DNA of 64,000 nucleotides, taken from the NCBI GenBank assembly GCA_963801165.1, contig CAWDDT010000001.1, positions 1,917 to 65,916 on the forward strand, in the 5' to 3' direction. This DNA comes from an uncultured bacterium. Lineage in GTDB: Bacteria; Actinomycetota; Acidimicrobiia; Spongiisociales; UBA5794. This document shows, one piece after another, positions 52,031 to 63,458 of this stretch; position 1 is the stretch's first letter, and every line of letters begins with the position of its first letter. The notes beneath the pieces are model-generated. The model saw nothing but the letters and a program-made list of their open reading frames with translations. It was not told the DNA's origin and made no database searches. Both the position numbers and the translations under genes were made by a program.

Positions 52031-55000
52031 TCACTCCGACCGGATCAGGTGGAGGGCTCCCCTGAGGGCGATCGGTATCCAATCGGGCCGGTGAATCAGC
52101 TCCCAATGGACTTCGCGCAATGCCTTGGCGAGCTCGAAGGCGGCGAGCAGCGCCTCGATGCTCTCGTCCTCGGTGGGAAGGACCGCCGAGAACGTTGCCG
52201 CGTCCACATACGAGCGAACGAAGCGCTCTCCGAGGATGCGATACCAAAGCTCGGCGTGCGCCACGCTGTCTGGCTTGTCGATGCTGCGGGCGGCGGCCAG
52301 TGAGGCGTAGCCCAGCGATCGGAGCATCTCGGCGACGTCGCGTAGCGGGGGCGCCTTGAGCCGGCGCTCGCTGATCGGCCGGGTGTGGTCGCCGCTCAAG
52401 TCCAGCACGTAGAACTCGCCTTCGATCATGCGTAGCTCGTCCAGCCGGAAGTTGCCGTGGATCCTGATGCGCCGCCCCGACGGCGGCACATGTCTCACGC
52501 GGTTGATGATCTCCAGCATCGTCGCTTGTCCGGCAACAAGGGTCTCGAGATCGGTTCTCACCGCCTCGGGTGCGTTTCCAACCCTGGCGCCGATCGCATT
52601 GAGCTCTTGTTTTACGCCCGCTCGCAACGACTGGTAGAGAGACCGCTGGTACAGGGTGGTCACCGGCTCGGGACGCAGCTCAGGCTCCTCGGTCTGGGTG
52701 GCGAGCGCCTGGTGGAACTCGGCGGTCATCACACCCAGGCTCGTGGCGTAGGCGAGTGACGTCTCGAGCGCCTCGGTGACATCCCCGGCGGTGAGGGTAT
52801 CGCCGCTCAGCCAATGGCCCGCAGGTATCTCGCCCGGTGGCGGCGCATCCCCGATCTGATCCAGATGGGTCAGGCACAGATCGAGGAACACGGTCCATGC
52901 CGTCAGCTCCGGGTCGAGGTTCTTCTGCATCATGCCGAGGCTGAAGCTGTCCCCCGACTCGTACTCGAGTGCTCCGTACACCGGTGCCAGGTTCGCGAAG
53001 CTGGTGCGCTCGGTCAGGTAGCGGCGCAGCTCGAGATCGGGGTGAACACCCGGTTCGATCGTCCTGAACAGTTTCAGAGTCAGGTCGGGGCCGTACTTAA
53101 CGAAGGACTCGCCCTGTGCGGTCTGTTGCAACCGCGGTGTGGCTGCACCGGCGAGCTCGATGTCTGCGGCCCGTGTATGGCTCCAGACGGCGCCGGTGCG
53201 CCCCAGCAGCTCCCTCCCCTCGACGATCGCCTGGTAGAGGGCATTGCAGAAGTCGGGGTCATAGAGCGCATCGACCAGCACCCCCGGCCCTTCGCCGTGT
53301 TCCACGAAGGCGACGATCGCTTCCTCAGGAAGAGCCGACTCGCCCGCGAGATGAAAGCTCAGCGGCATCAGGTACCGTCGAGGTGGTCCCGACACGAACT
53401 CGATGTCGAGCAAGATGATCCACCCGGCGGTACCGCCTTGCTCTCCGCCGATCGGGATCGCATCGAACGTGGTGGCGTTGAGAACGCGCCGCCCCCGATC
53501 GTTGTACCAGACCTGTCCCTCGGCGTACCCGGCCAGATGTCTGGCAAAAGGGTGGTCGCTGCCGAAGAGGTCGGCGATGGGACCATCGACCGTGAACCGG
53601 TTCCGCTCACCGGCGTCGGCGTCGTCAGTGTGGATAATGAGCCAGTAGTAGCCGAAAGGGCCGAGCGTGAGCAGGTAGGGCAGCTCACCGATTCTGGGGA
53701 ACTCGGTGTGACCTAGCAGCTCGATGAGGTGTGAGCCCGCGTAGTCGTGGAGATCGAGCTCGACGAACTGGGCATGGCGGCTGAGGTTGGCCACGATGAG
53801 CATCGTCTCGCCTTCGCCCTCCCTGATGAAGGTGAGCACCTGGTCGTTGGCCGGATGGAGGAATCTGATCGATCCGCGCCCGAACACGGGATGGCGACGG
53901 CGACGGCGAATCATCCGCCGAACCCACCACAGCAGCGAGTTCGGGTTGGCGTGTTCGGCTTCCACGTTCACTGTCTCGTAGTGGTATTGCGGGTCCACAA
54001 CCACCGGCAGGTAGAGCGACTGCGGGTTCGCAGACGAGAACCCGGCGTTGCGATCGTTGCTCCACTGCATCGGGGTGCGGACGCCTTCCCGGTCGGCAAG
54101 GAAGATGTTGTCCCCCATGCCGATCTCGTCGCCGTAGTAGAGGGCGGGCGTTCCCGGCAGGGAGAGGAGCAAGCTCATCAGCAATTCGAGCCGGCGCCGA
54201 TCGTTCTCGAGCAACGGCGCGAGCCGCCGCCGGATACCGAGATTGAGCCGGGCGCGGCGGTCGGGCGAGTAGGCCCGCCACATGAGGTCGCGCTCCTCCT
54301 CGGAGACCATCTCCAGTGTCAGCTCGTCGTGGTTGCGGAGGAACGTGGCCCACTGTGCCGTCTCCGGGATCGGTGGGGTCTGCTCGAGGATGTCGATGAT
54401 GGGAATCCGAGAAGCGCGTTCCAGCGCCAGATAGAGACGGGGCATCAGCGGGAAGTGGAACGACATGTGGCACTCGTCGCCGTTACCGAAGTAGGCGACC
54501 GCGTCTTCGGGCCACTGATTCGCCTCTGCAAGCAGCATGCGGTCGCCGTACTTGTCGTCGATGTGGGCCCGTAGCCGGCGCAGCTCATCGTGAGTCTCGG
54601 GGAGATTCTCCCCATTGGTGCCCTCCCGCTCATGGAGGTAGGGGATGGCATCGAGTCGTAGCCCGTCGACACCCATGTCCAGCCAGTAGTCAAGGACCTC
54701 GAGAACGCCCTTGCGTACCGCCGGGTTGTTCCAATTGAGGTCCGGCTGGTGGGAGAAGAACCGGTGCCAGTAGTAGGCCTTGGCAACGGGGTCCCAGGCC
54801 CAATTGGACGTCTCGGTGTCCTGGAAGATGATGCGGACATCCTGGTAGCGATCAGTGGTGTCATTCCACACGTAGAAGTCGCGTTCGGGTGTCCCGGGCT
54901 CGGATCGCCTGGCCCGTTGGAACCAGGGATGCTGGTCTGAGGTGTGGTTGATGACCAGCTCGGTAATGACGTACATGCCCCGGGCATGGGCTTCGGCGAG

Positions 55001-55279
55001 GAAGTGCCGGAAGTCGTCGATGGTGCCGTAGCTGGGGTGCACGTCGTAGTAGTCGGCAATGTCGTAGCCGTCGTCGCGCAGCGGCGAAGGATAGAAGGGG
55101 AGCAGCCAGATGGCATTGACCCCGAGCTGCTGTAGGTAGTCGAGCCGGCTGGTGAGGCCGGTGAAGTCGCCGATGCCGTCCCCGTTGGAGTCGGAGAAGG
55201 CGCGCACGTGCACCTCGTAGATGACGGCGTCCCGGTACCAGCCCGGGGGACGGTTGATTTGATCGGCTGCCATTCGCAA
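52031..55279 (-). CDS. treS: Trehalose synthase (maltose alpha-D-glucosyltransferase) fused to a maltokinase domain
   Basis: 1082 aa. The N-terminal GH13 TreS reads [29 protein letters not shown]...[26 protein letters not shown]...[11 protein letters not shown]...[11 protein letters not shown]. The C-terminal ~450 aa is the maltokinase (Mak/Pep2)-like region, including [12 protein letters not shown]. Confidence 0.85.
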   Translation of the reverse strand: MRMAADQINRPPGWYRDAVIYEVHVRAFSDSNGDGIGDFTGLTSRLDYLQQLGVNAIWLLPFYPSPLRDDGYDIADYYDVHPSYGTIDDFRHFLAEAHARGMYVITELVINHTSDQHPWFQRARRSEPGTPERDFYVWNDTTDRYQDVRIIFQDTETSNWAWDPVAKAYYWHRFFSHQPDLNWNNPAVRKGVLEVLDYWLDMGVDGLRLDAIPYLHEREGTNGENLPETHDELRRLRAHIDDKYGDRMLLAEANQWPEDAVAYFGNGDECHMSFHFPLMPRLYLALERASRIPIIDILEQTPPIPETAQWATFLRNHDELTLEMVSEEERDLMWRAYSPDRRARLNLGIRRRLAPLLENDRRRLELLMSLLLSLPGTPALYYGDEIGMGDNIFLADREGVRTPMQWSNDRNAGFSSANPQSLYLPVVVDPQYHYETVNVEAEHANPNSLLWWVRRMIRRRRRHPVFGRGSIRFLHPANDQVLTFIREGEGETMLIVANLSRHAQFVELDLHDYAGSHLIELLGHTEFPRIGELPYLLTLGPFGYYWLIIHTDDADAGERNRFTVDGPIADLFGSDHPFARHLAGYAEGQVWYNDRGRRVLNATTFDAIPIGGEQGGTAGWIILLDIEFVSGPPRRYLMPLSFHLAGESALPEEAIVAFVEHGEGPGVLVDALYDPDFCNALYQAIVEGRELLGRTGAVWSHTRAADIELAGAATPRLQQTAQGESFVKYGPDLTLKLFRTIEPGVHPDLELRRYLTERTSFANLAPVYGALEYESGDSFSLGMMQKNLDPELTAWTVFLDLCLTHLDQIGDAPPPGEIPAGHWLSGDTLTAGDVTEALETSLAYATSLGVMTAEFHQALATQTEEPELRPEPVTTLYQRSLYQSLRAGVKQELNAIGARVGNAPEAVRTDLETLVAGQATMLEIINRVRHVPPSGRRIRIHGNFRLDELRMIEGEFYVLDLSGDHTRPISERRLKAPPLRDVAEMLRSLGYASLAAARSIDKPDSVAHAELWYRILGERFVRSYVDAATFSAVLPTEDESIEALLAAFELAKALREVHWELIHRPDWIPIALRGALHLIRSE

Positions 55280-55369
55280 AGACTAGGGCGAGGGCCGAAG
55301 CGCGTGTCGAGGGCGCATGCCGCATCCCGATCCGGACTAGGTTTGGGGGCGCGACGAAAGGAGACCGTG

Positions 55370-56947
55370 GTGTTGCAGCTGAACGGGATCGATCTGAAGA
55401 ACGTCGGGGAAGTACACCACAATCTCGCCACTCCGGCGCTCTACGAGGAGGCCATCCGGCGGGGCGAGGCGAGGATTGGTCATCTCGGGCCCCTCGTCGT
55501 CAGCACCGGTAAGTACACCGGCCGGTCGGCCAACGACAAGTTCGTCGTTCGGGAGCCATTCACTCAGGACATCATCTGGTGGGGCAAGATAAACAAGCCG
55601 TTCGATCCGGTTGACTTCGACAAGGTTCTCTACGGTCTCCGTTCGTACCTGCAGAACAAGGATATCTTCGTACAGGACGGGTACGCCGGTGCGGATCCGA
55701 AATACCGTATCAACGTGCGAGTCATCAGCGAGCATGCCTGGCACAGCCTTTTTGCCCGCAACATGTTCATCCGTGAGTTCGACCCCGAGGTGATCGCCTC
55801 GTTCGAGCCCGACTACACGGTGATTCACTGCCCGAACTTCCAGGCCGATCCGCAGCAGGAGCACACTGCCAGCGAAGCCTTTGTCTTGCTCAATCTCGAC
55901 CAGCGACTGGTAGTCATCGGGGGCACCAGTTATGCGGGCGAGATCAAGAAGTCGATCTTCACAGTGATGAATTACCTCATGCCGATCAGGGGTGTGCTCA
56001 GCCTTCACTCGTCGGCCAACGTTGGATCGCAAGGAGACGCGGCTGTCTTCTTTGGTCTGTCGGGTACCGGCAAGACCACGTTGTCGACGGAGGCGGATCG
56101 AGCGCTCATCGGCGACGACGAACTGGGCTGGAGCGACGACGGTATCTTTAACTATGAGGGCGGGTGTTACGCCAAGATGATCCGGCTCTCGGACGAGTCC
56201 GAGCCTGAGATCTACCAAACCACGAGACGGTTCGGGACTGTGCTCGAGAACGTGACGATCGACGAGAAGACCCGCAGGCTCGACCTCTCAGAGGCAACCA
56301 CCGAGAACACGAGAGGGGCGTACCCGATCACCCATATCGACAACATCGTCGAGGGCGCGATGGCCGGTCACCCCAAGAACATCTTCATGTTGACGGCCGA
56401 CGCATTCGGGGTGCTGCCGCCGATTGCCAAGCTCGACCGGGAGCAGGCGAAATATCACTTCATTTCCGGGTACACGGCCAAGGTCGCCGGCACAGAGCGG
56501 GGCGTCAAGGAGCCCCAGGCAACGTTCTCCGCGTGTTTCGGCGCACCGTTCATGCCCTTGCATCCAACGGTATACGCCGACCTTCTCGGCAAGAAGATCG
56601 CCGAGCACGAGGTGAGCGTGTGGTTGGTTAACACCGGCTGGACGGGCGGACCGTACGGAGTGGGGGAGCGACTCAAGATCGCACATTCCCGTGCGGTGAT
56701 CGCGGCCGCGCTGAGCGGCGTTCTCGACAAGGGCGGATTCACGAAGGACCCGGTGTTCGGCTTTGCCGTACCCGACGAGTGTCCCGGCGTTCCCACCGAG
56801 CTCCTCACCCCGCGCAGGACCTGGAGCGACCCGTCCGAATACGACTCGAAAGCAGCTCATCTCGCAGATCTGTTCCGCGAGAACTTCCGGGAGTTCGTCG
56901 AGATGGCCGGGGCTGAGCTGGAGGCGGCAGGCCCGGTGACACACTGA
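55370..56947 (+). CDS. pckA: Phosphoenolpyruvate carboxykinase (ATP)
   Basis: GKYTGRSANDKF...GTSYAGEIKKS...FFGLSGTGKTTLS (kinase-1a)...IGDDE..W...GGCYAK...NTGWTGG. GTG 55370 follows AAGGAG (55358-55363); the exact start may shift by +/-3 nt. Confidence 0.9.
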   Translation: MLQLNGIDLKNVGEVHHNLATPALYEEAIRRGEARIGHLGPLVVSTGKYTGRSANDKFVVREPFTQDIIWWGKINKPFDPVDFDKVLYGLRSYLQNKDIFVQDGYAGADPKYRINVRVISEHAWHSLFARNMFIREFDPEVIASFEPDYTVIHCPNFQADPQQEHTASEAFVLLNLDQRLVVIGGTSYAGEIKKSIFTVMNYLMPIRGVLSLHSSANVGSQGDAAVFFGLSGTGKTTLSTEADRALIGDDELGWSDDGIFNYEGGCYAKMIRLSDESEPEIYQTTRRFGTVLENVTIDEKTRRLDLSEATTENTRGAYPITHIDNIVEGAMAGHPKNIFMLTADAFGVLPPIAKLDREQAKYHFISGYTAKVAGTERGVKEPQATFSACFGAPFMPLHPTVYADLLGKKIAEHEVSVWLVNTGWTGGPYGVGERLKIAHSRAVIAAALSGVLDKGGFTKDPVFGFAVPDECPGVPTELLTPRRTWSDPSEYDSKAAHLADLFRENFREFVEMAGAELEAAGPVTH

Positions 56948-56958
56948 GCTGTCGATAG

Positions 56959-58455
56959 ATGGGAACCTTCGCAGAGTACGAATCGTACGATGCCGTCGGG
57001 CTCGCCGAGCTGCTGGAACGCGGCGAGGCCACCTCATCCGAGCTCATAGAAGCGGCGATCGAACGGGCCGAGGACCTCAACCCAAAACTGAACGCGGTCA
57101 TCGCCGGGCACTACGAGAGGGCACGACGACAGGCCGCTGCCGATAGCCAGCCCGGGCCGTTTCACGGCGTCCCGTTTCTCACCAAGGACCTCGCCGCCGT
57201 CGAGGGTGATGTAGTCAGCTTCGGCTCGGTCTTCTTCCGCAACTTCCGCTCTCCGGTCACCGACGAGTTTCAATCACGCATCGAACGGGCTGGTCTGATT
57301 TCGATTGGTAGGACCAACTCTCCGGAGTTCGGCTTGCTGCCCACGACCGAGCCGGCCCTGTACGGACCGGCGCACAATCCGTGGGCTCTCGATCGTTCCA
57401 CAGGCGGCTCGAGCGGCGGATCCGCGGCAGCAACTGCCGCCGGGATCGTGCCCATGGCTCACGCCAGCGACGGCGGCGGCTCGATACGGATACCGGCCTC
57501 AGCGTGCGGGGTGTTCGGCCTCAAGACGACGCGGGGGAGGGTTCCCCGCTATCCGGAGTCACCCGCCGACTATCTCTCGGTCGAGCTCGGCGTCAGCCGA
57601 TCAGTGCGTGACCTCGCCGTCCTTCTCGACGTCACACACGGGGCCGTACCGGGTGCGGAGTACCGGGTACCGCCGCCCGAGCAGACGTTTGCCTCCGCTC
57701 TGGGCGAGGTGCCGGAGCCGCGGAGAATCGCGGTCATGACAACGGACTTCCGCGGCAAGACGACATCACCGGAATGCCGCGATGCGGTGGCCGCCACCGG
57801 TGCCGTCCTCGCCGATCTGGGCCATGAGGTCGAGGAAGCTGCACCGGCCATCGATGGGCAATCGATGGCCGAAGCATTCCTCGTTGTGTGGGAGTCGCTC
57901 GCCGAGTCGATCTTCACGACGATTCTCGCGGAGGTGGGGAAGCGACGCTCGGGGGCGCTCCTGACCCGGCTACTGGGCGACTGGCGTGCCATGAAGTTCA
58001 TCGCCTGGGTAGACAAGAGAAAGGGCCGCAAGGACTCGTTCGAGCCGTTCACCTGGGGCCTGGCGAAGCGGTCCCGACGGAGAACGCCCGCCGACCTCGC
58101 CGCTGCACGCGTCGAGCTGCAAAGGGTGTCGTACCAGGTTGGCGAGTTCTTCGAGACGTACGACTCGTTGTTGACCCCGGTCCTGGGCGGTCCACCCGTG
58201 GCTCTGGGTGGGATCGACCAGACGGGGGAGTGGGACGCGCTCATAGAGCAGCTCATCGACTATGTCGCCTTTACCCCGATTGCCAACTTCACCGGTTTCC
58301 CGGCGATGTCCGTGCCCACCTACTGGGCACCTTCCGGGTTGCCGATAGGGACGCACTTCATGGGCAGGTTCGGTGATGAGCGCGGCTTGTTCGCGCTGGC
58401 GGGTCAGTTGGAACGGGCGATGCCGTGGTTCGACCGGAGGCCCGCTATCGGCTGA
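56959..58455 (+). CDS. Amidase-signature (AS) family amidase
   Basis: GVPFLTKD...[45 protein letters not shown], the canonical AS signature with the Ser-cisSer-Lys region. Confidence 0.85.
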   Translation: MGTFAEYESYDAVGLAELLERGEATSSELIEAAIERAEDLNPKLNAVIAGHYERARRQAAADSQPGPFHGVPFLTKDLAAVEGDVVSFGSVFFRNFRSPVTDEFQSRIERAGLISIGRTNSPEFGLLPTTEPALYGPAHNPWALDRSTGGSSGGSAAATAAGIVPMAHASDGGGSIRIPASACGVFGLKTTRGRVPRYPESPADYLSVELGVSRSVRDLAVLLDVTHGAVPGAEYRVPPPEQTFASALGEVPEPRRIAVMTTDFRGKTTSPECRDAVAATGAVLADLGHEVEEAAPAIDGQSMAEAFLVVWESLAESIFTTILAEVGKRRSGALLTRLLGDWRAMKFIAWVDKRKGRKDSFEPFTWGLAKRSRRRTPADLAAARVELQRVSYQVGEFFETYDSLLTPVLGGPPVALGGIDQTGEWDALIEQLIDYVAFTPIANFTGFPAMSVPTYWAPSGLPIGTHFMGRFGDERGLFALAGQLERAMPWFDRRPAIG

Positions 58456-58954
58456 GGCGGATGTAGGCCGCCCCGAGCGCCACGTAGTGATCGACACCTT
58501 CGCTCTGCCGGGCGATCTCCTCCTCGGTGAGCTCTCGCACCGGCTTGGCGGGGATCCCCATCGCCAGTGTCCAGGGCGGGATGGTCTTGCCCTCGGTGAG
58601 GATGGCGCCGGCCGCCAGCCAGGATCCTTCGCCCATTGTCGCACCGTTGAGCACCCGGGCGCCGATCCCGACCAGGCAATGTGCACCGACCCTGGCGCCG
58701 TGCACGACCGCAGCGTGCCCGACCGTGACCCGTTTCCCGATGATCGTCGGCAGCCCCTCATCGACGTGTACGACGCAGTTGTCCTGGATGTTCGTTTCGG
58801 CCCCGACGTGCACCTGATCGAGTTCGGCTCGGATCACGGTCCCGAACATGATGACCGCGCGGTGGGCTACGACGATGTTGCCATGGAGCACCGCGGTGGG
58901 TGCGATGTACGCCGTCGGGTCTATCTCCGCGTCGGCAATAGCGATGTCCCGCAT
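58445..58954 (-). CDS. Gamma-carbonic-anhydrase-like / hexapeptide-repeat (LbH) protein
   Basis: 169 aa: YIAPTAVLHGNIVV...IRAE...VHVGAETNIQDNCVVH...IGKRVTVGHAAVVHGARVGAHCLVGIGA, a left-handed beta-helix repeat pattern. Confidence 0.8.
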   Translation of the reverse strand: MRDIAIADAEIDPTAYIAPTAVLHGNIVVAHRAVIMFGTVIRAELDQVHVGAETNIQDNCVVHVDEGLPTIIGKRVTVGHAAVVHGARVGAHCLVGIGARVLNGATMGEGSWLAAGAILTEGKTIPPWTLAMGIPAKPVRELTEEEIARQSEGVDHYVALGAAYIRLSR

Positions 58955-59001
58955 CTGATCTCCTCGCTCGCGGGGTCTTCAGGACGAGATGCGTTACCGG
59001 A

Positions 59002-59460
59002 TCAGCGGTGCTCTTCGACAATCGGAGCGGGTAGATCGCCCTCGCGCAACTTGGCGTCGTCTGCGGCAATCCGTGCCAGTGTCGCGCCTTCGAGCTGCTT
59101 GGTGAACGCCTCCTTGGCGGCCATCCACACCCAGTGGATGGCACAGGCGCGATCCCAATGACAGGGTCCACTGTCGAGGGCACACGCCGGCGCGTCGTTG
59201 TTGCCCTCGAGGGCAACAATGATGTCATTGAGCGTGATGGTCTCCGGGTCCTTGGCGAGCGTATACCCGCCGGTGCGACCCGGCTGCGACGTGACCAGGT
59301 CGGCGCGACCCAGTTCCTGCAGAACCTGACGCAAGAACCCGACGGGAATATCCATGTCTTTGGAGATAGCCGGAGCTGCCTGACCTTGCGGATAGCTCTG
59401 TGCCAGGTTGATCAGAGCCCGGACTCCATAGTCGGTGCGACGCGTCGGAACGATCTTCAT
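59002..59460 (-). CDS. Rrf2-family transcriptional regulator
   Basis: MKIVPTRRTDYGVRALINLA...ISKDMDIPVGFLRQVLQELGRADLVTSQPGRTGGYTLAK, followed by a C-terminal Cys cluster (CALDSGPCHWDRAC). Confidence 0.85.
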   Translation of the reverse strand: MKIVPTRRTDYGVRALINLAQSYPQGQAAPAISKDMDIPVGFLRQVLQELGRADLVTSQPGRTGGYTLAKDPETITLNDIIVALEGNNDAPACALDSGPCHWDRACAIHWVWMAAKEAFTKQLEGATLARIAADDAKLREGDLPAPIVEEHR

Positions 59461-59517
59461 GCCCGAAAGTGTAGGTCAAATCGCGAGTCGATGGGTACAG
59501 GTTCTTGTCGCGGCCGC

Positions 59518-60552
59518 TCAGGCGACGCCGGACCAGTCGAGGATCACCTTGGCGCATCTACCCGTCCGCATCGTTGCGAACGCTTCCTCGTACTCGTCTG
59601 CGCGGAACTCATGGGTGATGACCGGTGAAACGTCGAGACCCGAGTGCAGCATCGCCGTCATCAGGTACCAGGTCTCGAACATGCGTCGTCCGTAGATGCC
59701 TCTCATGGTCAGACCCTTGAAGATGATCGTATTCCAATCCATCGGTGCGTCTTCCGGTGGGATGCCGAGCAATGCAACAGACGCCCCATGGTTCATCGTC
59801 TCGAGCATCTCATGCAGAGCGCTGCGCACCCCCGACATCTCCATTCCGATGTCGAAGCCTTCGGTCATCCCGAGCTGTGTCATCGCCTCGCGTAATGACG
59901 TCTGATTGGTGTTGAGGGCGAGATCGGCGCCCATATTCGCCGCGATATCCAGGCGATAGTCGTTGACATCGGTGATGACGACATAGCGGGAACCTGCGTG
60001 ACGGGCGATTGCGGCCGCCATCATCCCGATGGGGCCGGCACCGGTGATGAGTACGTCCTCGCCCACGAGATCGAACGACAACGCGGTGTGGGTGGCGTTG
60101 CCGAGAGGGTCGAGGATGGTGGCTATCCGATCCGGTATTTCGTCTGGTACGGGGAAGGCATTGAACGCCGGGATCGTTAGGTATTCGGCGAATGCACCTG
60201 GCCGATTCACCCCGACGCCGACCGTGTTGCGGCAAAACTGCCTCCTTCCGGCGCGACAATTGCGGCAGTGGCCACATGTGACGTGGCCCTCACCGGACAC
60301 CCGCTGGCCGATTGTGAAGCCCTGGACCTCGGAGCCGATGGCATCGATGACGCCGACAAACTCGTGACCCACCTGCATCCCGATCGGTATCGTCTGCTGA
60401 GCCCAGGCATCCCAGTTGACGATGTGAAGGTCGGTGCCGCACACCGCGGTCTTGCTGATCTTGATCCGGACATCGTTGTGCCCGACGTCCGGTATCGGGA
60501 GGTCCTCCATCCAGATACCCGGCTCGTCCGTGGCTTTGACCAGGGCCTTCAC
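59518..60552 (-). CDS. tdh: L-threonine 3-dehydrogenase (Zn-dependent MDR)
   Basis: MKALVK...ICGTDLHI-like ([12 protein letters not shown])...GHEFVG...[16 protein letters not shown]...[11 protein letters not shown]. Overlaps the kbl stop. Confidence 0.85.
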   Translation of the reverse strand: MKALVKATDEPGIWMEDLPIPDVGHNDVRIKISKTAVCGTDLHIVNWDAWAQQTIPIGMQVGHEFVGVIDAIGSEVQGFTIGQRVSGEGHVTCGHCRNCRAGRRQFCRNTVGVGVNRPGAFAEYLTIPAFNAFPVPDEIPDRIATILDPLGNATHTALSFDLVGEDVLITGAGPIGMMAAAIARHAGSRYVVITDVNDYRLDIAANMGADLALNTNQTSLREAMTQLGMTEGFDIGMEMSGVRSALHEMLETMNHGASVALLGIPPEDAPMDWNTIIFKGLTMRGIYGRRMFETWYLMTAMLHSGLDVSPVITHEFRADEYEEAFATMRTGRCAKVILDWSGVA

Positions 60553-61739
60553 GCCACCACCCCCAACTCGCGTCCGACCTCGGAGAATGCCGCCACGGCG
60601 TGATCGATGTGCTCGTTCGTGTGCGCCGCCGACATCTGGGTGCGGATCCTTGCCTCGCCGCGAGGGACGACCGGGAACGAGAAGCCGATGACGTAGATGC
60701 CCCTCTCGAGCAGCCGGTCGGCCATCTCGGTCGCCAGCCTGGCGTCTCCGAGCATCACAGGGATGATTGGATGGTCCGCTCCGGCCAGGGTGAACCCTGC
60801 TGCGGTCATCCCGGCCCGAAATCGCTCCGAGTTTTCTCGCAGCCGGGTCCTCAGCTCGTCGGAGCTACGGAGCAGATCGAGCGCGGTGAGCGATGTGGCG
60901 GCGATCATGGGGGCCAGCGAGTTCGAGAAGAGATAGGGGCGGGATCGCTGGCGCAGCCAGGTAACGATCTCCTTGTGTCCCGCGGTGTAGCCGCCGGAGG
61001 CTCCGCCCAGTGCCTTGCCCAGGGTGCCGGTGATGATGTCAACCCGGCCGATCACATTGCAGTACTCCGGGGTACCCCGCCCGCCGGCGCCGACGAAGCC
61101 GACGGCATGGGAGTCGTCCACCATGACCATTGCCCCGTACTGGTCGGCGAGGTCACATATGGCCGACAGGTTGGCGATTGTGCCCTCCATCGAGAACACG
61201 CCATCGGTGGCGATCAACACGTGCTCGGCACCGCTCACTTCCTTGAGCCGGGTCTCCAGGTCGGCCATGTCGTTGTTGGCGTACCGGTAGCGCTGCGCCT
61301 TGCACAGACGCACTCCGTCGATGATCGAGGCATGGTTGAGTGAGTCGGAGACAATGGCATCTTCCGGTCCCAGCAACGCTTCGAACAAACCGCCGTTGGC
61401 ATCGAAGCACGACGAGTAGAGGATGGTGTCCCCGGTGCCAAGGAAGTCGCTCAACTCGGCCTCGAGGCGCTTGTGTACGGTCTGGGTACCGCAGATGAAC
61501 CGCACAGATGACATCCCGTAGCCGTACTCGGTGACGGCTTCCGCCGCCGCGGCGACGAGCGCGGGATGGTTGGCCAGGCCCAGGTAGTTGTTGGCGCACA
61601 TGTTGATGACCTGCGAGCCGTCGTCGAGAGTGATCACCGCCTGCTGCGGAGATGCGATGGTCCTCTCCTCTTTGAAGAGCCCCGATTCGCGGAGCTCCTT
61701 TGTCTGTTCCCTGAGTTGCGCGAGAAATGTTGCGTCCAT
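60549..61739 (-). CDS. kbl: Glycine C-acetyltransferase (2-amino-3-ketobutyrate CoA ligase)
   Basis: [14 protein letters not shown]...HASIIDG...[11 protein letters not shown]...[14 protein letters not shown]...[15 protein letters not shown] (PLP Lys). Paired with tdh as in the classical kbl-tdh operon. Confidence 0.9.
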   Translation of the reverse strand: MDATFLAQLREQTKELRESGLFKEERTIASPQQAVITLDDGSQVINMCANNYLGLANHPALVAAAAEAVTEYGYGMSSVRFICGTQTVHKRLEAELSDFLGTGDTILYSSCFDANGGLFEALLGPEDAIVSDSLNHASIIDGVRLCKAQRYRYANNDMADLETRLKEVSGAEHVLIATDGVFSMEGTIANLSAICDLADQYGAMVMVDDSHAVGFVGAGGRGTPEYCNVIGRVDIITGTLGKALGGASGGYTAGHKEIVTWLRQRSRPYLFSNSLAPMIAATSLTALDLLRSSDELRTRLRENSERFRAGMTAAGFTLAGADHPIIPVMLGDARLATEMADRLLERGIYVIGFSFPVVPRGEARIRTQMSAAHTNEHIDHAVAAFSEVGRELGVVA

Positions 61740-61759
61740 AACGCCTCCCGCGGCAAATA

Positions 61760-62737
61760 CTATCGGGTGATGACCTGGCTTTTCCTTCGGGCGGCCACGG
61801 TCTGATTCTGGTCACGGACGATCGCGTCGGGAAACTCGACATGACGATCGCGCTCGGGGTAACCGTGGGGCGTCGCCGGCGTACCGTCCGCCGTGGAGAC
61901 AGGTAGGTCGCGTGTCCCGAACACATCGAGCGGAGCAGTGGCGGTGGCTTCGTGCGGCTCTACCGGAAGACCGGGCTCTGTCGGAAGACTTACCGTGTAG
62001 AGGTTGCGTCGCATCCGCCGGGAAGTCTCGATGCCGTTGCCGAGCGCAGTGGCAAGTGCCGCAGCCAGTGCCGGGACCGCTGGTAGATCCTCACCGGCAG
62101 CGTTGTCGGACACCGTGCACAGAACCTTTGACCCGTTGCGGGCGACCACGATGTCGATCTCGGGGGAGCGTCGGTCGACGGCCGCGGCCACCAGACTCCG
62201 CACCATCACCCGGAACATGGGGGCGTTGGTCCTGGCAAGCAGGCTCGGGCCTGCTGTCGAGATGCCGCAGCCGAAGAACCGGCTGGCCACCGTTTCGATC
62301 TCGTCGCGCAGGTTGACCACCGCACCTTCAGGGTCGCGGCGGCCCGCCCGCAGACCGATCTCGATCTCGGTGTCCTCGATGAGTGCTTTCGCCTCGCGGG
62401 CGTGGGCGTCGATGAGGCGCACCTCATCCAGGGTCATGTTCGGGTCGGTGATGCCGTTGCCGAGGATGTCCCCGCTGATTTCCGCAATCCTCGTCAAGAC
62501 GGCGTCGTGGTTCCCGAGCCGGTAGCGGAACGAGTCGGTGGCCTCCCAGCCCGCTCTCTTTGCCTCAGCGAGCTGGAGCTGGAGGCTGTCGATCTGCCCA
62601 TTGTGCTTCCTCGAGAGGGCGATGCCGCAGGCTCCAAAGAGAGCGAGCCACGCAATCGTCGTCACGAGAGCCGTTGCGGTGTGTCCAAGATCCATGCGAG
62701 ATAGATCGGCGATAAGCCGGAAATCCTGCAGAATCAA
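61760..62737 (-). CDS. Hypothetical membrane-anchored protein with a degenerate histidine-kinase-like C-terminal half
   Basis: One TM ([22 protein letters not shown]), then a coiled-coil-like [10 protein letters not shown]. An HATPase_c-like pattern has degenerate boxes ([12 protein letters not shown] in place of an N-box, VSDNAAGE in place of DxGxG, LYTVSLP at the end). Confidence 0.45.
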   Translation of the reverse strand: MILQDFRLIADLSRMDLGHTATALVTTIAWLALFGACGIALSRKHNGQIDSLQLQLAEAKRAGWEATDSFRYRLGNHDAVLTRIAEISGDILGNGITDPNMTLDEVRLIDAHAREAKALIEDTEIEIGLRAGRRDPEGAVVNLRDEIETVASRFFGCGISTAGPSLLARTNAPMFRVMVRSLVAAAVDRRSPEIDIVVARNGSKVLCTVSDNAAGEDLPAVPALAAALATALGNGIETSRRMRRNLYTVSLPTEPGLPVEPHEATATAPLDVFGTRDLPVSTADGTPATPHGYPERDRHVEFPDAIVRDQNQTVAARRKSQVITR

Positions 62738-62819
62738 AACTCAGGTAGCTGCGCTGACTAGTGCACGGACCGGCAAACGTCTGGAGCGTTGAGCAATCCC
62801 CGGCGCCGTCGCCGAAACG

Positions 62820-63458
62820 TCAGACGATTCTGCGGTCCGACGCCCACCGGGCCAGCTCGTGGCGGCTCGATAGCTGGAGCTTGCGCAGCACCGAGGACAC
62901 GTGCGTCTCGACCGTTTTGATCGATATCGAGAGCTTCCTTGCCACCTGTTTGTAGGCCAGCCCGCGGGCGATCAGCCGCATCACCTCCTGCTCACGGGGG
63001 GTGAGCTGATCGAGCTCGGGATCGGCTGCAGGCGAGATGCCACCGCCGAACGCGTCTAGCACGAACCCGGCAAGACGCGGCGAGAACACGGCATCACCGT
63101 CGGCGATCCGTCGTACTGCATCGGCTAGCTCGTCCGGTGCGATCGACTTGGTCACATAACCGCGCGCCCCGGCCCGGATCATGGCGATCACGTCCTCGGG
63201 GGAATCGGATACCGAAAGAGCGAGGAACCGGATGTCCGGATGGGTCTTCAGCACGCTGGAGATCACCGTCACCCCTCCACCACCGGGCATATGGACGTCG
63301 ACCAGCACCACGTTGGGAGCGGTCTCGCGGATTCTGTCGATCGCGTTGTCCACGTCGCCTGCGGTACCGACGATGGGGAACTGCTCGCTGAGCTCGCTCT
63401 GCACGCCGGAGAGAAACAGCTTGTGGTCGTCCACGAGAAATAGCGTTGTCTGTGTCAT
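62820..63458 (-). CDS. NarL/LuxR-family response regulator
   Basis: LFLVDDHKLF...VVLVDVHMPGGGG...GYVTKS, plus LTPREQEVMRLIARGLAYKQVARKLSISIKTVETHVSSVLRKL. Confidence 0.9.
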   Translation of the reverse strand: MTQTTLFLVDDHKLFLSGVQSELSEQFPIVGTAGDVDNAIDRIRETAPNVVLVDVHMPGGGGVTVISSVLKTHPDIRFLALSVSDSPEDVIAMIRAGARGYVTKSIAPDELADAVRRIADGDAVFSPRLAGFVLDAFGGGISPAADPELDQLTPREQEVMRLIARGLAYKQVARKLSISIKTVETHVSSVLRKLQLSSRHELARWASDRRIV

